A DNA stretch of 41,397 nt from an uncultured Rhodobacterales bacterium (GCA_937901055.1 CALCGO010000023.1:1-41397), one strand, 5' to 3'. Counted from the stretch's first letter, positions 1 to 9,533 are shown. Translations and numbers: made by a program. The notes: generated from the sequence alone by a model not told the origin.

Positions 1-169
1 CCGTCACAACGCCGCCTTCTAATGGCAGATAGTCGTGGTCGTGTTGGTCTAAATATTCTTCTAACTCGCGGTCGCGTTCTTCTACAATGCGAGCAAACTC
101 GGGGCCGTCTGCGTCACGAAAGTTGCGCGCGCGTCTTGAGTATTCCCATCTCGGGTTAAATCCTCGCAT
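1..169 (-). CDS. Partial tail-associated protein, runs off the left edge (MRGFNPRWEYSRRARNFRDADGPEFARIVEERDRELEEYLDQHDHDYLPLEGGVVT...)
   Basis: Hand translation; ATG overlaps the upstream stop (TGATG); first 41 aa nearly identical to the 53-aa ORF at 40143-40304; YLPLxGG resembles a tail-fibre motif. Confidence 0.75.
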   Translation of the reverse strand, partial: MRGFNPRWEYSRRARNFRDADGPEFARIVEERDRELEEYLDQHDHDYLPLEGGVVT

Positions 170-1701
170 CACAACCTCGCTGATCTGACTTCAACATGAG
201 CTTCGATGCTGCGTAAAGCAACTCCACGCATTACCGGGAACACAATTTGGAATCCGTTAGACCACCCGTATTTGCCCATGCCAATTCGCCACGTTACATC
301 GGTGCCGCCGTCCTCGGCGTCATCTGAATTCTCTACCCACAACTGGGGTTTTGTGTCGATTGAGCCACCCTCGTAGCGACCAAGTGGCCTGTACTGCACC
401 TGCAATTCGTTTTTGCTGTTTTCAATTCCTGATTTCCAGTGCCGGAATTGGACCACAAGGTTTCGGACCATGACCAAACGAGACTGCGGATCGTAATACG
501 CAGGAAACTCAACATAGCCATTAAGCAGATTTGGATGGCTTACGTCCGAAGCCGCAGCCCATTTGTCGGAATTGTTGCCAACGCGATTCTGAGCAAGGCT
601 GTAGGAATACAACTCAACAGTTTGACCTACCGTTCTTGGTCGATCTACCAAGAACATTGTGTTGGCAGGCTTGTCAATTGTTGTGCGTAAATCGTGGCCT
701 GCAATACCACCCATTTTGACGCCGTTGAAAGTGTGTGTACTCCAACGTCCCGAGTCGTACTCCAACATTGCTGTTGCAGCGTCTTCGTCTTCAAATGAAT
801 CAGCAGGTTCGCCAAGCATCAAGTTGTGTCGGCCCGTCACTGACGCCACCACACTGTCTGATGGATAGTAAGTCTCTAAAGATTCAACGCGAAACTCTTT
901 GTCCATGTACGGCACTTCGCCGTTAAACCAAATTGGCGTGTTATCTGAACCCCAGTACAACACCCTGTTGTCTGTAGTAACTGCTGCAATGCGATCATCC
1001 GCTGGGCCGTTGCCGTTGGCAATGCGCCTAACGTAAGGACGGTCGCCCAGCACGCCGGAGATCTGATACCAGCCTGATTCTTTTGCTACATACAGTGTGT
1101 TGTACATAGGCAACAGGGCTGTGATCGGCTCGTTTCCACCAACGTCTAGGAAGTTATTAGTCTCCCAAACGTCTGGCTGCGCGCCAAACTCCCCAACTTC
1201 GGTGAAATACACACGCTGGGGATTGTCCTCATCCCACGCAATCAAGTAATAGTTCCATCGCGTCAAGCCCTTGAGCTTGGCTGGCAACGCTATTTCAGTA
1301 ATTGTGCTGCCGTCGTACTTGAAAATGTATCCGCTGTGGTTGAAGTACAGAGCCTGACGGTATTGCGCCATGCGGCACGGCGTGGTCGGTGGCCCTTTCG
1401 GGAACTCACCCATCAACGTCGCTTTGTGATCGCCTTCAAGATTGATCAGATAAGGCTTATCAAGCACGACAACAACGTTGTCTTTCCAGATATCCACGCC
1501 CTTTGGCCCGTACCCGTCAGTATGTGCAGGCATGTCAGCGACATCTAAATGCTTTAATCCGTTACGGACCCCAAGCAATCCACTCTCGAAGAGCTTGACG
1601 TTCTCCCCGCGGTACTGATTCTCTTGAGCGCGTGAAGCATCGCGGTTGCCCCAATCCCCGCCGAGAAAGCTGGCGTAACGGACTACAAAATCCGCTGCCA
1701 T
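169..1701 (-). CDS. Putative tail nozzle / DNA-stabilisation protein (P22 gp10 / T7 gp12-like role), 510 aa
   Basis: Position after the adaptor gene in a podovirus-type order; beta-propeller-like strands (RVYFTE...W...NFLDVGG.EPITALLP..NTLYVAK). Confidence 0.7.
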   Translation of the reverse strand: MAADFVVRYASFLGGDWGNRDASRAQENQYRGENVKLFESGLLGVRNGLKHLDVADMPAHTDGYGPKGVDIWKDNVVVVLDKPYLINLEGDHKATLMGEFPKGPPTTPCRMAQYRQALYFNHSGYIFKYDGSTITEIALPAKLKGLTRWNYYLIAWDEDNPQRVYFTEVGEFGAQPDVWETNNFLDVGGNEPITALLPMYNTLYVAKESGWYQISGVLGDRPYVRRIANGNGPADDRIAAVTTDNRVLYWGSDNTPIWFNGEVPYMDKEFRVESLETYYPSDSVVASVTGRHNLMLGEPADSFEDEDAATAMLEYDSGRWSTHTFNGVKMGGIAGHDLRTTIDKPANTMFLVDRPRTVGQTVELYSYSLAQNRVGNNSDKWAAASDVSHPNLLNGYVEFPAYYDPQSRLVMVRNLVVQFRHWKSGIENSKNELQVQYRPLGRYEGGSIDTKPQLWVENSDDAEDGGTDVTWRIGMGKYGWSNGFQIVFPVMRGVALRSIEAHVEVRSARL

Positions 1702-1702
1702 T

Positions 1703-2539
1703 TCAGATCCAACTACCGTCGCGGACGCGAATCTGAGTAGGACGCGACGTGGGTCGAATGTCTTTCTGCATCCTCTCTACGCCCTGCATGTATTCCTGCA
1801 AATGAACCTGCGCGCTTGGCCGGTCGTCTTCGCGAGTGGAACACAGTTGAGCAGCTTTGGCGATGAGCACGCCAATGTACTGAACCGGGATGTTTGGAAC
1901 ATCGAGGTCAGCCGAGAGCAACGCTGGCTCAGAGTAGTAAATGTGCTGCGCTTTAATAACGCTGGTCGGGAATGGCCGGAAGTGCAAAATGCGATTAAGG
2001 ATTGCGTAGTGCGATGGGGTTCCGTTGGCGTTTTTAAATCTGACCGACAAGTCGTAATAAGTCATCTCGGCAAGATCGCGGTTATCAGTAATGATCGCGC
2101 GAGTAGTACGGCAATTAAAGGGAAGTTCTAGCTCGCCTGATTCATTAAGCAAAACTTGTTCTGCTCGCTCATTCCAGGGCCATCTATGCTCAGACTGCAA
2201 AGTCGTAAGAGCAAGATTGATGTTGGAGTCAAGCACAGTCGCGCTAAAGAACTCGTCGTGTGCGGGTACGCCAAGACGATCTCGCACCATCTGGCGACAA
2301 GCAACAAGCGGGATACCGCCAAGCGCTTGACCCGCCCGTCCATAGCCCCCAAGATGCTTGATGACTTCCCAGTCGCCGTCCTGGCGAGCGTACTGCTGAC
2401 CGTCGCGGGGCGCGTCAGGCAGTTGGTTTGGCTTGTCGGAAGTGAGGAGGCCGTCCCATAGGAGTTGGCCTGCTTCCAAATCAGCAGGTGGATTTTCTGG
2501 ATCGCCTTGAATTACATGGTCTTCGGTTTCGGCCATCAC
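1703..2539 (-). CDS. Putative head-tail adaptor / tail tubular protein A-like, with N-terminal fibre-type extension
   Basis: Core motifs INLAL..LQSEHRWPW, GTPSHYAI, LHFRPFP; located between capsid and nozzle genes. Confidence 0.7.
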   Translation of the reverse strand: MMAETEDHVIQGDPENPPADLEAGQLLWDGLLTSDKPNQLPDAPRDGQQYARQDGDWEVIKHLGGYGRAGQALGGIPLVACRQMVRDRLGVPAHDEFFSATVLDSNINLALTTLQSEHRWPWNERAEQVLLNESGELELPFNCRTTRAIITDNRDLAEMTYYDLSVRFKNANGTPSHYAILNRILHFRPFPTSVIKAQHIYYSEPALLSADLDVPNIPVQYIGVLIAKAAQLCSTREDDRPSAQVHLQEYMQGVERMQKDIRPTSRPTQIRVRDGSWI

Positions 2540-2958
2540 ATATCCTTTCTGACTGCGTGCAGCAAACGAGGACCGAACTCTTCACGAACCCACTCTTTAC
2601 GATGCTCTTCTTTAGCGTTGTCCAGAGCGGTGTTGTGATCTTTAATTTCGGCGTCAAGCGACCAGCCCTTCGGCTTACGGCGCTTATCGTTTGCTACTAG
2701 CCAACGAATGATCTGATGGTCAAACGGATCGTTTGGCTGCGTGTGCATGACGTGGCGATATTTCTCGTCTTCTTCTAATCGCCACAGTTCAAAGACCATC
2801 CCGCCCTGGGTTTGGTTGGCATAAACGGCAAGCCGCTCGTCGCCTTCCCAACCCAGGACAGGATCGCCATGATGGATCTTCTTGATCAGATCGTCCATCC
2901 CAGTATCGACCCACAGCGTGCGTCCGTTCTGAGTCTGAGGATGAAGTAAACCCGTCAT
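2536..2958 (-). CDS. Hypothetical protein, 140 aa
   Basis: Fills the gap between capsid and adaptor; 4-bp overlap with the downstream gene. Confidence 0.75.
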   Translation of the reverse strand: MTGLLHPQTQNGRTLWVDTGMDDLIKKIHHGDPVLGWEGDERLAVYANQTQGGMVFELWRLEEDEKYRHVMHTQPNDPFDHQIIRWLVANDKRRKPKGWSLDAEIKDHNTALDNAKEEHRKEWVREEFGPRLLHAVRKDM

Positions 2959-2974
2959 TGAAGATCAGCCGCTA

Positions 2975-4189
2975 TCAAGCGACGGTGATGCCTTCCAGCT
3001 TGGCGTTTGCGTTGCGCTGGTGAGTAGCAAGCTCCATGTAGCAGAAGAGCGTTGCCTCGTAGGCATCGGTGTTTGGAACGCGGTGCAGAACTGCGCCGTC
3101 TTCCTGCATGAACTCCCAGTCTGACATGCGGTAAATGTTCCACGACTCGCGGGTGAGGCCGTAGGCCGCCCCCTCTTCCGTCATGTCCTTTTCCCACACC
3201 ATCGCGACTTCGTTGCTGCCAGAGTTGCCCTGCGACACATCGGACATATCGAGTCCCTTGTATCCACCCTTGAGCTCAAGAGTGTTCGGGAAACGCTTGA
3301 GCGAAGTCAAGAGAGCCGACACGCCACGATGAACCTCAGCGGAAGTAATCCACAAGTCAAGCTGGTGGCCCGACTCGGAGTTAACTTCCTGAGATGCCTC
3401 GATGAACATATCTTCTGAAACTGCGCCCGCGTCAGCGTTCACAAATGACTGCCAGACAGGAGCTTCGGCCGGATCAACATTGAACAGTGCGCCCGTATCG
3501 GACACCTGTGCGCGAAGACCGGTGATCTCCTTTTGCGTTGACCCTTCACCGCTTGCTCCGGTGCGGTAGATGCCTTCGCCGCCCGAAAGGGTGACTGCGC
3601 CTGCCGTAGTAATGGTGCCTGCCTTGCGGTCAACTGCAACAATTGTGTCAGTTCCCGCGCTTGCGGCCATACCAAAGTCAACAGTCATTCCCGGTCGAAG
3701 CTGTCGCATCGTCATGGAAGAAGGAGTAGCAAGCGTTACAACGCTGCCTGCTGCCGAATCGACCGTGGCAATGACGCCAGTTCCGTCGCCGTAGATCTGA
3801 CGGTTTACGTCGTTGCGCAGGTCGCGCGTGACGCCAGTAGTTTCCGACTCAACTGCACGGATGAAAGAGCCGCGATCCGAAGCCATCGAGTAGATGACCG
3901 GGCCGGAAAGCTGGATCTTGCCGTAGTTGTACTTGAGCGAAATGCGCTCTTCCTGATACTGCTGATGACCGGCAGTGGGAAGAGGCGAAAGCTCGGCGCG
4001 TGCGCCAACCCCTTCGTTACGCCCAGTGTTGAGCGCAAGAACGGCGCGCCGTCCCTCAATGTCGGTGGTGTTTGTCTCAAACTGCGTAAGTGCGAACACT
4101 TCGTTGTTGAGCTGATTCTGGATGCCCGGAATGTAAAACTCCTTAAGCACCGCATCCGCATTGCTGCGTGCGAGTCCGATGTCGGACAT
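2975..4189 (-). CDS. Major capsid protein (HK97 fold expected), 404 aa
   Basis: Follows the scaffold; GGGAG RBS; motifs LKEFY...IQNQLN, DLRNDVNRQIYGDGTG, EITGL, C-terminal YMEL...RNANAKLEGI typical of coat proteins. Confidence 0.9.
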   Translation of the reverse strand: MSDIGLARSNADAVLKEFYIPGIQNQLNNEVFALTQFETNTTDIEGRRAVLALNTGRNEGVGARAELSPLPTAGHQQYQEERISLKYNYGKIQLSGPVIYSMASDRGSFIRAVESETTGVTRDLRNDVNRQIYGDGTGVIATVDSAAGSVVTLATPSSMTMRQLRPGMTVDFGMAASAGTDTIVAVDRKAGTITTAGAVTLSGGEGIYRTGASGEGSTQKEITGLRAQVSDTGALFNVDPAEAPVWQSFVNADAGAVSEDMFIEASQEVNSESGHQLDLWITSAEVHRGVSALLTSLKRFPNTLELKGGYKGLDMSDVSQGNSGSNEVAMVWEKDMTEEGAAYGLTRESWNIYRMSDWEFMQEDGAVLHRVPNTDAYEATLFCYMELATHQRNANAKLEGITVA

Positions 4190-4316
4190 GGCTGTTCTCC
4201 CTGTGTTAGATGAAATGAATTGGGTGAATTGCCGCGGCGTCGAGCCACTGCTTTCGGTGCTTTAGATTCCAGATCTAACGCGATTTATGTACTGAGCATC
4301 AAGCTCGTTTTGTATT

Positions 4317-5135
4317 CTAGGCACCTCTTTGTGCGTCAAGGAAGGCTCTTGCCGCAGAAGTTGCAGATTTAATATCGTTAGGCGCGTCTGGCGCTGCTGA
4401 ACCCGAGACTCCCGGCGCGGCTGGACCGCGTACTTGAGTCTTGCCTTCTTTGACATTACTGACGTATTGGTCAACAATGGTTTGTTCGTATGCCCGGTGT
4501 GCTTCAATTGCCTTCTGGATGTCGCCGCCAGTGTCTTTATTGTTTGTGGCGTGCCACAAAACGTTGGCATATTGCGCAGAGCCTTTTGTAAATCCTTCGG
4601 CAACCAAGGTGTTCTCGATATTCTGAACCCGGCCCTGAAACTCAGTGTTCTTCTCACGCTCCGCAATACGAGCGTCAATGATCTTTTCAATGTTTTCGGG
4701 CGAAGCGCCTGGCGTGGTCTGCTCGATCACTTCAACGGCTTCTGCTTTTTCTTGGGATGTAGCGTTTGGATCACCCAAGACATTGACTGCAATAGTGCGC
4801 ATTGACTCTGCCGCCTGCTGCGGTGAACTGTTCCACTGAACAGCCAGTTGCTTCCATACGTCAAGGTCGGCCTGGTCGTAGCCTTCAAACTCTTGATACT
4901 TGGTCTGAACGCCTTTTAGCTGATCCTGAACCTCACGCGCCTGCGTGCGGTATTTAGCTGCCTCCGCTCGCAGCTTTGACACATATGCCTGATCAAAAGA
5001 CTTAATGCCTTCTGTATCGGTGTCCATTACATCTACTGATTCAGCAACCGGCTCCGCTGCGGGGGCTTCGACTGAAACGCTGCCTGCGTCTACTACTGAA
5101 TCTACGGCTTCTGCCGCACTGTTGAAATCGCTCAT
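4317..5135 (-). CDS. Capsid scaffolding protein, 272 aa
   Basis: Acidic Ala/Pro-rich N-terminus; YVSKLRAEAAKYR motif of actinophage-type scaffolds; between portal and capsid; AGGAGG RBS. Confidence 0.85.
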   Translation of the reverse strand: MSDFNSAAEAVDSVVDAGSVSVEAPAAEPVAESVDVMDTDTEGIKSFDQAYVSKLRAEAAKYRTQAREVQDQLKGVQTKYQEFEGYDQADLDVWKQLAVQWNSSPQQAAESMRTIAVNVLGDPNATSQEKAEAVEVIEQTTPGASPENIEKIIDARIAEREKNTEFQGRVQNIENTLVAEGFTKGSAQYANVLWHATNNKDTGGDIQKAIEAHRAYEQTIVDQYVSNVKEGKTQVRGPAAPGVSGSAAPDAPNDIKSATSAARAFLDAQRGA

Positions 5136-5157
5136 GGTCCTGACCTCCTGGGTCTTA

Positions 5158-7287
5158 TTACATTGGTGGTTGTTGTTGTAGCAGGTCTTGTGTCATGCCC
5201 GCCTGCGGGGACATCTCAGCCGGTGGCGAACCTTGTGGCATTGGTGTTGCGCCCGGCCCTTGAGAGTTTTGCATTGCAGCTTGAGCCATCGACCCGCCGC
5301 CTTCCATGCCCATGCCAAGACCTTGAGTTGCTTGGCTTGGTGCCATCTCCGACATCATTGCCATTTCAGCAACCTGCTTCGGATCAAGCGGCGACACCGC
5401 TTCTGTTGGAAGCGCAGCAGCCATTGGCGAGACAGAAGCCGCCATTGCTTGCTGTGCGCCTTGACCGGCAGCAAACTGTTCGTGCGCGGCGGTGTGTTCG
5501 CGTACACGTTGCTGGATCTCCATTGGAAGATTCTCGAATCGCTGCGAGCGCATGAAGTTCCGGTGGTGAATCATGTGGTTTGCGTGATCGTCAATAGTGT
5601 CTACAGTTCGCGCAGCACCGGCAGCAAGCTGTGAGTTCTCACGCATTGCGCGAGCCGAGTCGGGGTCGATGCCAGCAATGAGATCGTTTTGATCCGGCAA
5701 ATCAGCAATTCGCGCCAACTCAATTGGCGACTGAATCAAACCGCGGTCATGCAACTGGAACGCATACGCCGCTTGAGCGTTGCGGTTGCGGGGCACGACT
5801 GAATCCATAGGCACAATTGCGGTGGTATGGCCTTCGAGAAGCATTCCGTTCCAGCGAACGCACTCAGGAACGTTGTTGTTCTGCATCATTACGTTGGCTG
5901 TACGGGTGTCCTTGACGTACATCGAGTACAAATCAAGCACCATTGAGCCAATACGGCCCCACATTCCGGCCATGTTCTTGCCAAATCTGCCAACAGGCGT
6001 GTCAGCATTTTCAGCTAGAACCGACATTGCAATGCCGGACTCGACGCCAGTGGGCGCGACGCCGCGAGTTACGTCGGTTTGTCCAAGAATCTCATCCATT
6101 GCCCGACCGAGTTCGTCGGGAGATCGGACCCACCATTCAGGCATGACGGGTGGGGCTTCATATTGCGGGCGTGCGCCGTTGATTGGATTGTATTCAACGG
6201 CCTCCCCCGACATATCGGAAAGGTCTGCAATGTCTTCAACGGAACCTTCGGGCACCCACAGACGGGCGTTGCCTGCCAGCTTTTGATGCTCGATGATCGA
6301 AGACCAAGCTGCGTTCATTGCCGTCTGAATTGGAACAGCATCCGAGCATGGCGTATGCCCAAACCATTTCTTAGAAATTGGTTGAACACGACAGACAGCC
6401 AAGTTCAACCGATCAGTGAACGGGAAGTACCACGGCGACTCTTCAATGATCTCTTCACCAACGACGGTGACAATCTTCCCTTCACTCAGCGACGACGGAC
6501 GCTCATAGTAAGTGAAGACCATCGTGAGCTTTGTGTGCGTTCCGGCGTCCGGCTGGTGAACACGCCAGACCGTATCGACTGCACGCCCGTCAGCTTTTGG
6601 CTCCTTTTCAAGATTCCACGATTCTTGGACCTCCGTGGGAGGCAGAGCGCGGCCGTGAATCCACCACATTGCGTGTTCGGCGTTGCGGGTGCCTGGCTCT
6701 ACGGCAATTTCATGGATCGGAACAGCGGTCAACGACACGTCGCCAGTGTGGATAGCGCGTCCCGATTCGTCCATAGCAACCGGAGTGCCTTGCGAATCGT
6801 CCCATTCCACCATGATTCCGGCTGCACCGGCTTGCCACACGTCTAAAGCGTTGTCGTAGCGGATGTCTTCCCAGTGCTGACGCCGGGAAGTATCAAGCAA
6901 AGCCTGCTCGGCTACGCGTGCTGCCTGCATTGCCATGTCATCTGGCGAGTTTGGTGGCACCTCAAAGTGCAAATCGCGTGACGTGAGCTTGGCAAGAAGC
7001 CGGTGAGTGTCGGGGCCAATCTTGTTGACGGTCGCGCGGACCCGATCTGGATTGCGTGGCATCTCTTCCAGACGCCCGACACCCTTATTCCAGCGAAGCC
7101 AATGCTTGTTATTGATGAACTGCTCATTAATGGCAGCTTGCTCTCGCACAGATTGCGTAGCACGAAGAGCGCGATCCCAACGTCGTCGCACTTCTTTGGG
7201 CGTGATCTGTTTTTTGTCTTCACGGTCGGCTTCACCGACCATTTGACCCACAGGTGTTGCCGCCCCTAAAGCTGCCATTTCACTCAT
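5158..7287 (-). CDS. Portal protein (P22-like), 709 aa
   Basis: Size and position after TerL; TVNKI, DVTRG....VESGIAM motifs; Gln/Met/Pro-rich tail. Confidence 0.85.
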   Translation of the reverse strand: MSEMAALGAATPVGQMVGEADREDKKQITPKEVRRRWDRALRATQSVREQAAINEQFINNKHWLRWNKGVGRLEEMPRNPDRVRATVNKIGPDTHRLLAKLTSRDLHFEVPPNSPDDMAMQAARVAEQALLDTSRRQHWEDIRYDNALDVWQAGAAGIMVEWDDSQGTPVAMDESGRAIHTGDVSLTAVPIHEIAVEPGTRNAEHAMWWIHGRALPPTEVQESWNLEKEPKADGRAVDTVWRVHQPDAGTHTKLTMVFTYYERPSSLSEGKIVTVVGEEIIEESPWYFPFTDRLNLAVCRVQPISKKWFGHTPCSDAVPIQTAMNAAWSSIIEHQKLAGNARLWVPEGSVEDIADLSDMSGEAVEYNPINGARPQYEAPPVMPEWWVRSPDELGRAMDEILGQTDVTRGVAPTGVESGIAMSVLAENADTPVGRFGKNMAGMWGRIGSMVLDLYSMYVKDTRTANVMMQNNNVPECVRWNGMLLEGHTTAIVPMDSVVPRNRNAQAAYAFQLHDRGLIQSPIELARIADLPDQNDLIAGIDPDSARAMRENSQLAAGAARTVDTIDDHANHMIHHRNFMRSQRFENLPMEIQQRVREHTAAHEQFAAGQGAQQAMAASVSPMAAALPTEAVSPLDPKQVAEMAMMSEMAPSQATQGLGMGMEGGGSMAQAAMQNSQGPGATPMPQGSPPAEMSPQAGMTQDLLQQQPPM

Positions 7288-7295
7288 CGTTTACC

Positions 7296-7541
7296 TCACA
7301 AGCCAACTTGTTCGTGTACTACTCTTGGTTCTGTTGGTCCGGCCCCACTGCTGTCAATCTTTGATTGAGCAAGCGCAAACTCTGCTGCGTTGCGGCTCAT
7401 TATTTGAAGCATAAGACGCTGACGTTCCTCGCGGGCTGATTCGGACTCTTTCTGTTGTGCCTTGATAGCTGAAACGGTAATGACCGTCAATGCTAAAGCG
7501 ACTGCAACAGCGATAATGATGACTCCAACTTGCTCAGACAT
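7296..7541 (-). CDS. Small protein with one N-terminal transmembrane helix, 81 aa
   Basis: VGVIIIAVAVALALTVITVSAI hydrophobic stretch followed by a charged helix. Confidence 0.7.
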   Translation of the reverse strand: MSEQVGVIIIAVAVALALTVITVSAIKAQQKESESAREERQRLMLQIMSRNAAEFALAQSKIDSSGAGPTEPRVVHEQVGL

Positions 7542-7824
7542 TACTCAAAGTCTCCCGCAACGCTGCGTAAGCCTGGTCAGTGGCGCGCAATTTCTCAAGT
7601 TCTGCCTGCAATTTAGTTTCCTCAGCGGGTTTACGAACGCCGTACCCCAGCTTCTTTGTCATCCGAATAACGTTTGATTCCTTAATGACAACTTTCCCAT
7701 AAGCCGGAAGGTTCTCAATATCAATAGCAATATCAACTACCCGCTCACCGGGTTTAAGTTTTGAGCTCCCAAAAATGTCAGCGCTCTTTACTGCGCCAAC
7801 GGGAATGATGTTTGCAATTCGCAC
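7534..7824 (-). CDS. Hypothetical protein, 96 aa
   Basis: GAAGGAG RBS before a GTG start; tiles between TerL and the next gene. Confidence 0.7.
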   Translation of the reverse strand: MRIANIIPVGAVKSADIFGSSKLKPGERVVDIAIDIENLPAYGKVVIKESNVIRMTKKLGYGVRKPAEETKLQAELEKLRATDQAYAALRETLSNV

Positions 7825-7845
7825 AAGTGTCTCCTTCGGCGGCTG

Positions 7846-9435
7846 CTACCAATTACCAAGAATTGGATGTTTGCCGCGGTTTGATTTGTTTTTCTGGATT
7901 TGGTCCCACACTTTGTCGGCGTGAGTTTTCTCGCGGTGAACTTTACTCCGTTTACCGTGAACTGTTCGTTTGTAGATTTCTGCTGCTGCATACGCAAACA
8001 CGTCCACCATGTCGTCGTGTGCGCCTTCGGGGAATGTTGTGCATTCCTCAATGAAGTCTGCCGTGTCAGCAATTTCAGGAACCCAAACGCGATGTTGTTC
8101 TGTCATAGCGACTGCTGTTTCAGCACGCGCTACCTTATTGCGGTCTGGCTTTAGCCACCTTACGACTACACCTGTCCGCTGGGCTTCGGCAAACAACGAC
8201 AGAGAAGCCGAGATCTTCTCAATACCAACCCACCGAGGCTTCCAGGTCTTCCACGCTTCCATCAAAAGAGGCGCATGTTCGGCATGTGTAGTGCGCTTGC
8301 GGTACATATGCAGCAAGATCAAGTCAGACGGATCATTGGGCGACACTGCCCAAATGCCAAGTGCGGTGTAGTCACTGCGCCTGTTGTTGGTGTACGCGGT
8401 ATCCATTGTGCCAAACACGGTGCAAGTGGATCGAGGGATTAGCCGCTCGCCAAGCTGGAAGTATTCTTCGCCGTCAATGGTCTTGCGCTGGTAATCCAAG
8501 AAGTTGTCGCGCTTAAACATGCCGCCGCCCTGGGGAACGGGGCGCTGCTGGTAAAGCGAAGGCCAAGCAATAGGGGAGTCTTTCTTGATTCCCTCCAACG
8601 CTTTCTCATCAAACAACTCAGGGCAAAGAGCTTCGCCGGGGCGACGGCCCAATATGTCTTCGTCTTCAGCTACAGCAGGCATACGAAGACGTTTGATCCG
8701 CATACCGATCTCGTCTTCGCGTGACAGCAGCCAGCCCATGAGATCATCGACGTGCCAGCGAGACATGATCAAAAGATATTTAGTGCCGGTGCCGCCACCC
8801 TCACGACGAGTGATCCAGGTCGTATCCCACCACTCTTTCAAATGCCTGCGCATTGTTGGTGAGCGTGCGTCGTCAGCGTTTTTAATCGGGTCATCAAGAA
8901 TAAGAAGGTGACCACCCTTACCCGTAATGGGACCGCCAGCGCCTGCGGTATTCATGCCGCCGCCAGATTCGAGCTCCCACCGAGCAGCAGCGCGTGAGTC
9001 ATCTCGTAGCACCATGTCGTATTGTGGACCAACTTCTTTAATGATGCCGCGCACATCACGGCCCCACTTCTCCGCAAACGTGGACTCGTAAGAACCAAGC
9101 AGTACTGACTTCGGTTCTTGGCGAATCCGCTGCCGGGTCAGATACCAAGCCGGTGTCCACTTGGAACACAACTGAGATTTGCCGTGACGCACTGGCTGGT
9201 CGATCAGCAACAAGTCGCAGTCGTCGTTATCAATCATTCCAACGATTGCGTCAGACGTGTACTCAAGATGTTTGTACGCCGTCCATAAGCCATTGCTGTG
9301 CGCCTCTGCAAACCGGGCTGGTGAAGACAAAGCGATTTCTCGCTCGATCATGCCGTGCAGCCAGATTTGTTCCTTCTCGGGCCACTGAGCAATCTCTTCT
9401 TGCGGAATAGCAAGTAGCTCGTTAAGTAACGACAT
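7846..9435 (-). CDS. terL: Terminase large subunit
   Basis: Walker A PVRHGKS, GGPITGKGG, Walker B LLILDDPIK, nuclease acidic residues MDTA..SDYTA and HDDMVD; start placed at the ATG at 9435. Confidence 0.95.
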   Translation of the reverse strand: MSLLNELLAIPQEEIAQWPEKEQIWLHGMIEREIALSSPARFAEAHSNGLWTAYKHLEYTSDAIVGMIDNDDCDLLLIDQPVRHGKSQLCSKWTPAWYLTRQRIRQEPKSVLLGSYESTFAEKWGRDVRGIIKEVGPQYDMVLRDDSRAAARWELESGGGMNTAGAGGPITGKGGHLLILDDPIKNADDARSPTMRRHLKEWWDTTWITRREGGGTGTKYLLIMSRWHVDDLMGWLLSREDEIGMRIKRLRMPAVAEDEDILGRRPGEALCPELFDEKALEGIKKDSPIAWPSLYQQRPVPQGGGMFKRDNFLDYQRKTIDGEEYFQLGERLIPRSTCTVFGTMDTAYTNNRRSDYTALGIWAVSPNDPSDLILLHMYRKRTTHAEHAPLLMEAWKTWKPRWVGIEKISASLSLFAEAQRTGVVVRWLKPDRNKVARAETAVAMTEQHRVWVPEIADTADFIEECTTFPEGAHDDMVDVFAYAAAEIYKRTVHGKRSKVHREKTHADKVWDQIQKNKSNRGKHPILGNW

Positions 9436-9470
9436 TGTACCTATCTTTACACACACGAAAGCGATAAACT

Positions 9471-9510
9471 AGGTGGGGTGGCGAGACTTGTGCTTCCCGC
9501 CACCCCATTT
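9471..9510 (+). promoter_or_regulatory. 13-bp stem-loop in the divergent intergenic region
   Basis: AGGTGGGGTGGCG (9471-9483) pairs with CGCCACCCCATTT (9498-9510) with two G-U pairs on the + strand; 14-nt loop. Confidence 0.65.
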
Positions 9511-9533
9511 GCGAGAACTACGGAGGTTCCCAC

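Noticed and set aside
2955-3197. Alternative-frame ORF at the capsid 3' end suggesting a T7-like frameshift extension
   Set aside because: No slippery sequence seen and it would extend only a few codons past the capsid stop
6079-6846. 255-aa + strand ORF and similar antisense ORFs within structural genes
   Set aside because: Shadows of well-supported minus-strand genes, with no RBS or motifs
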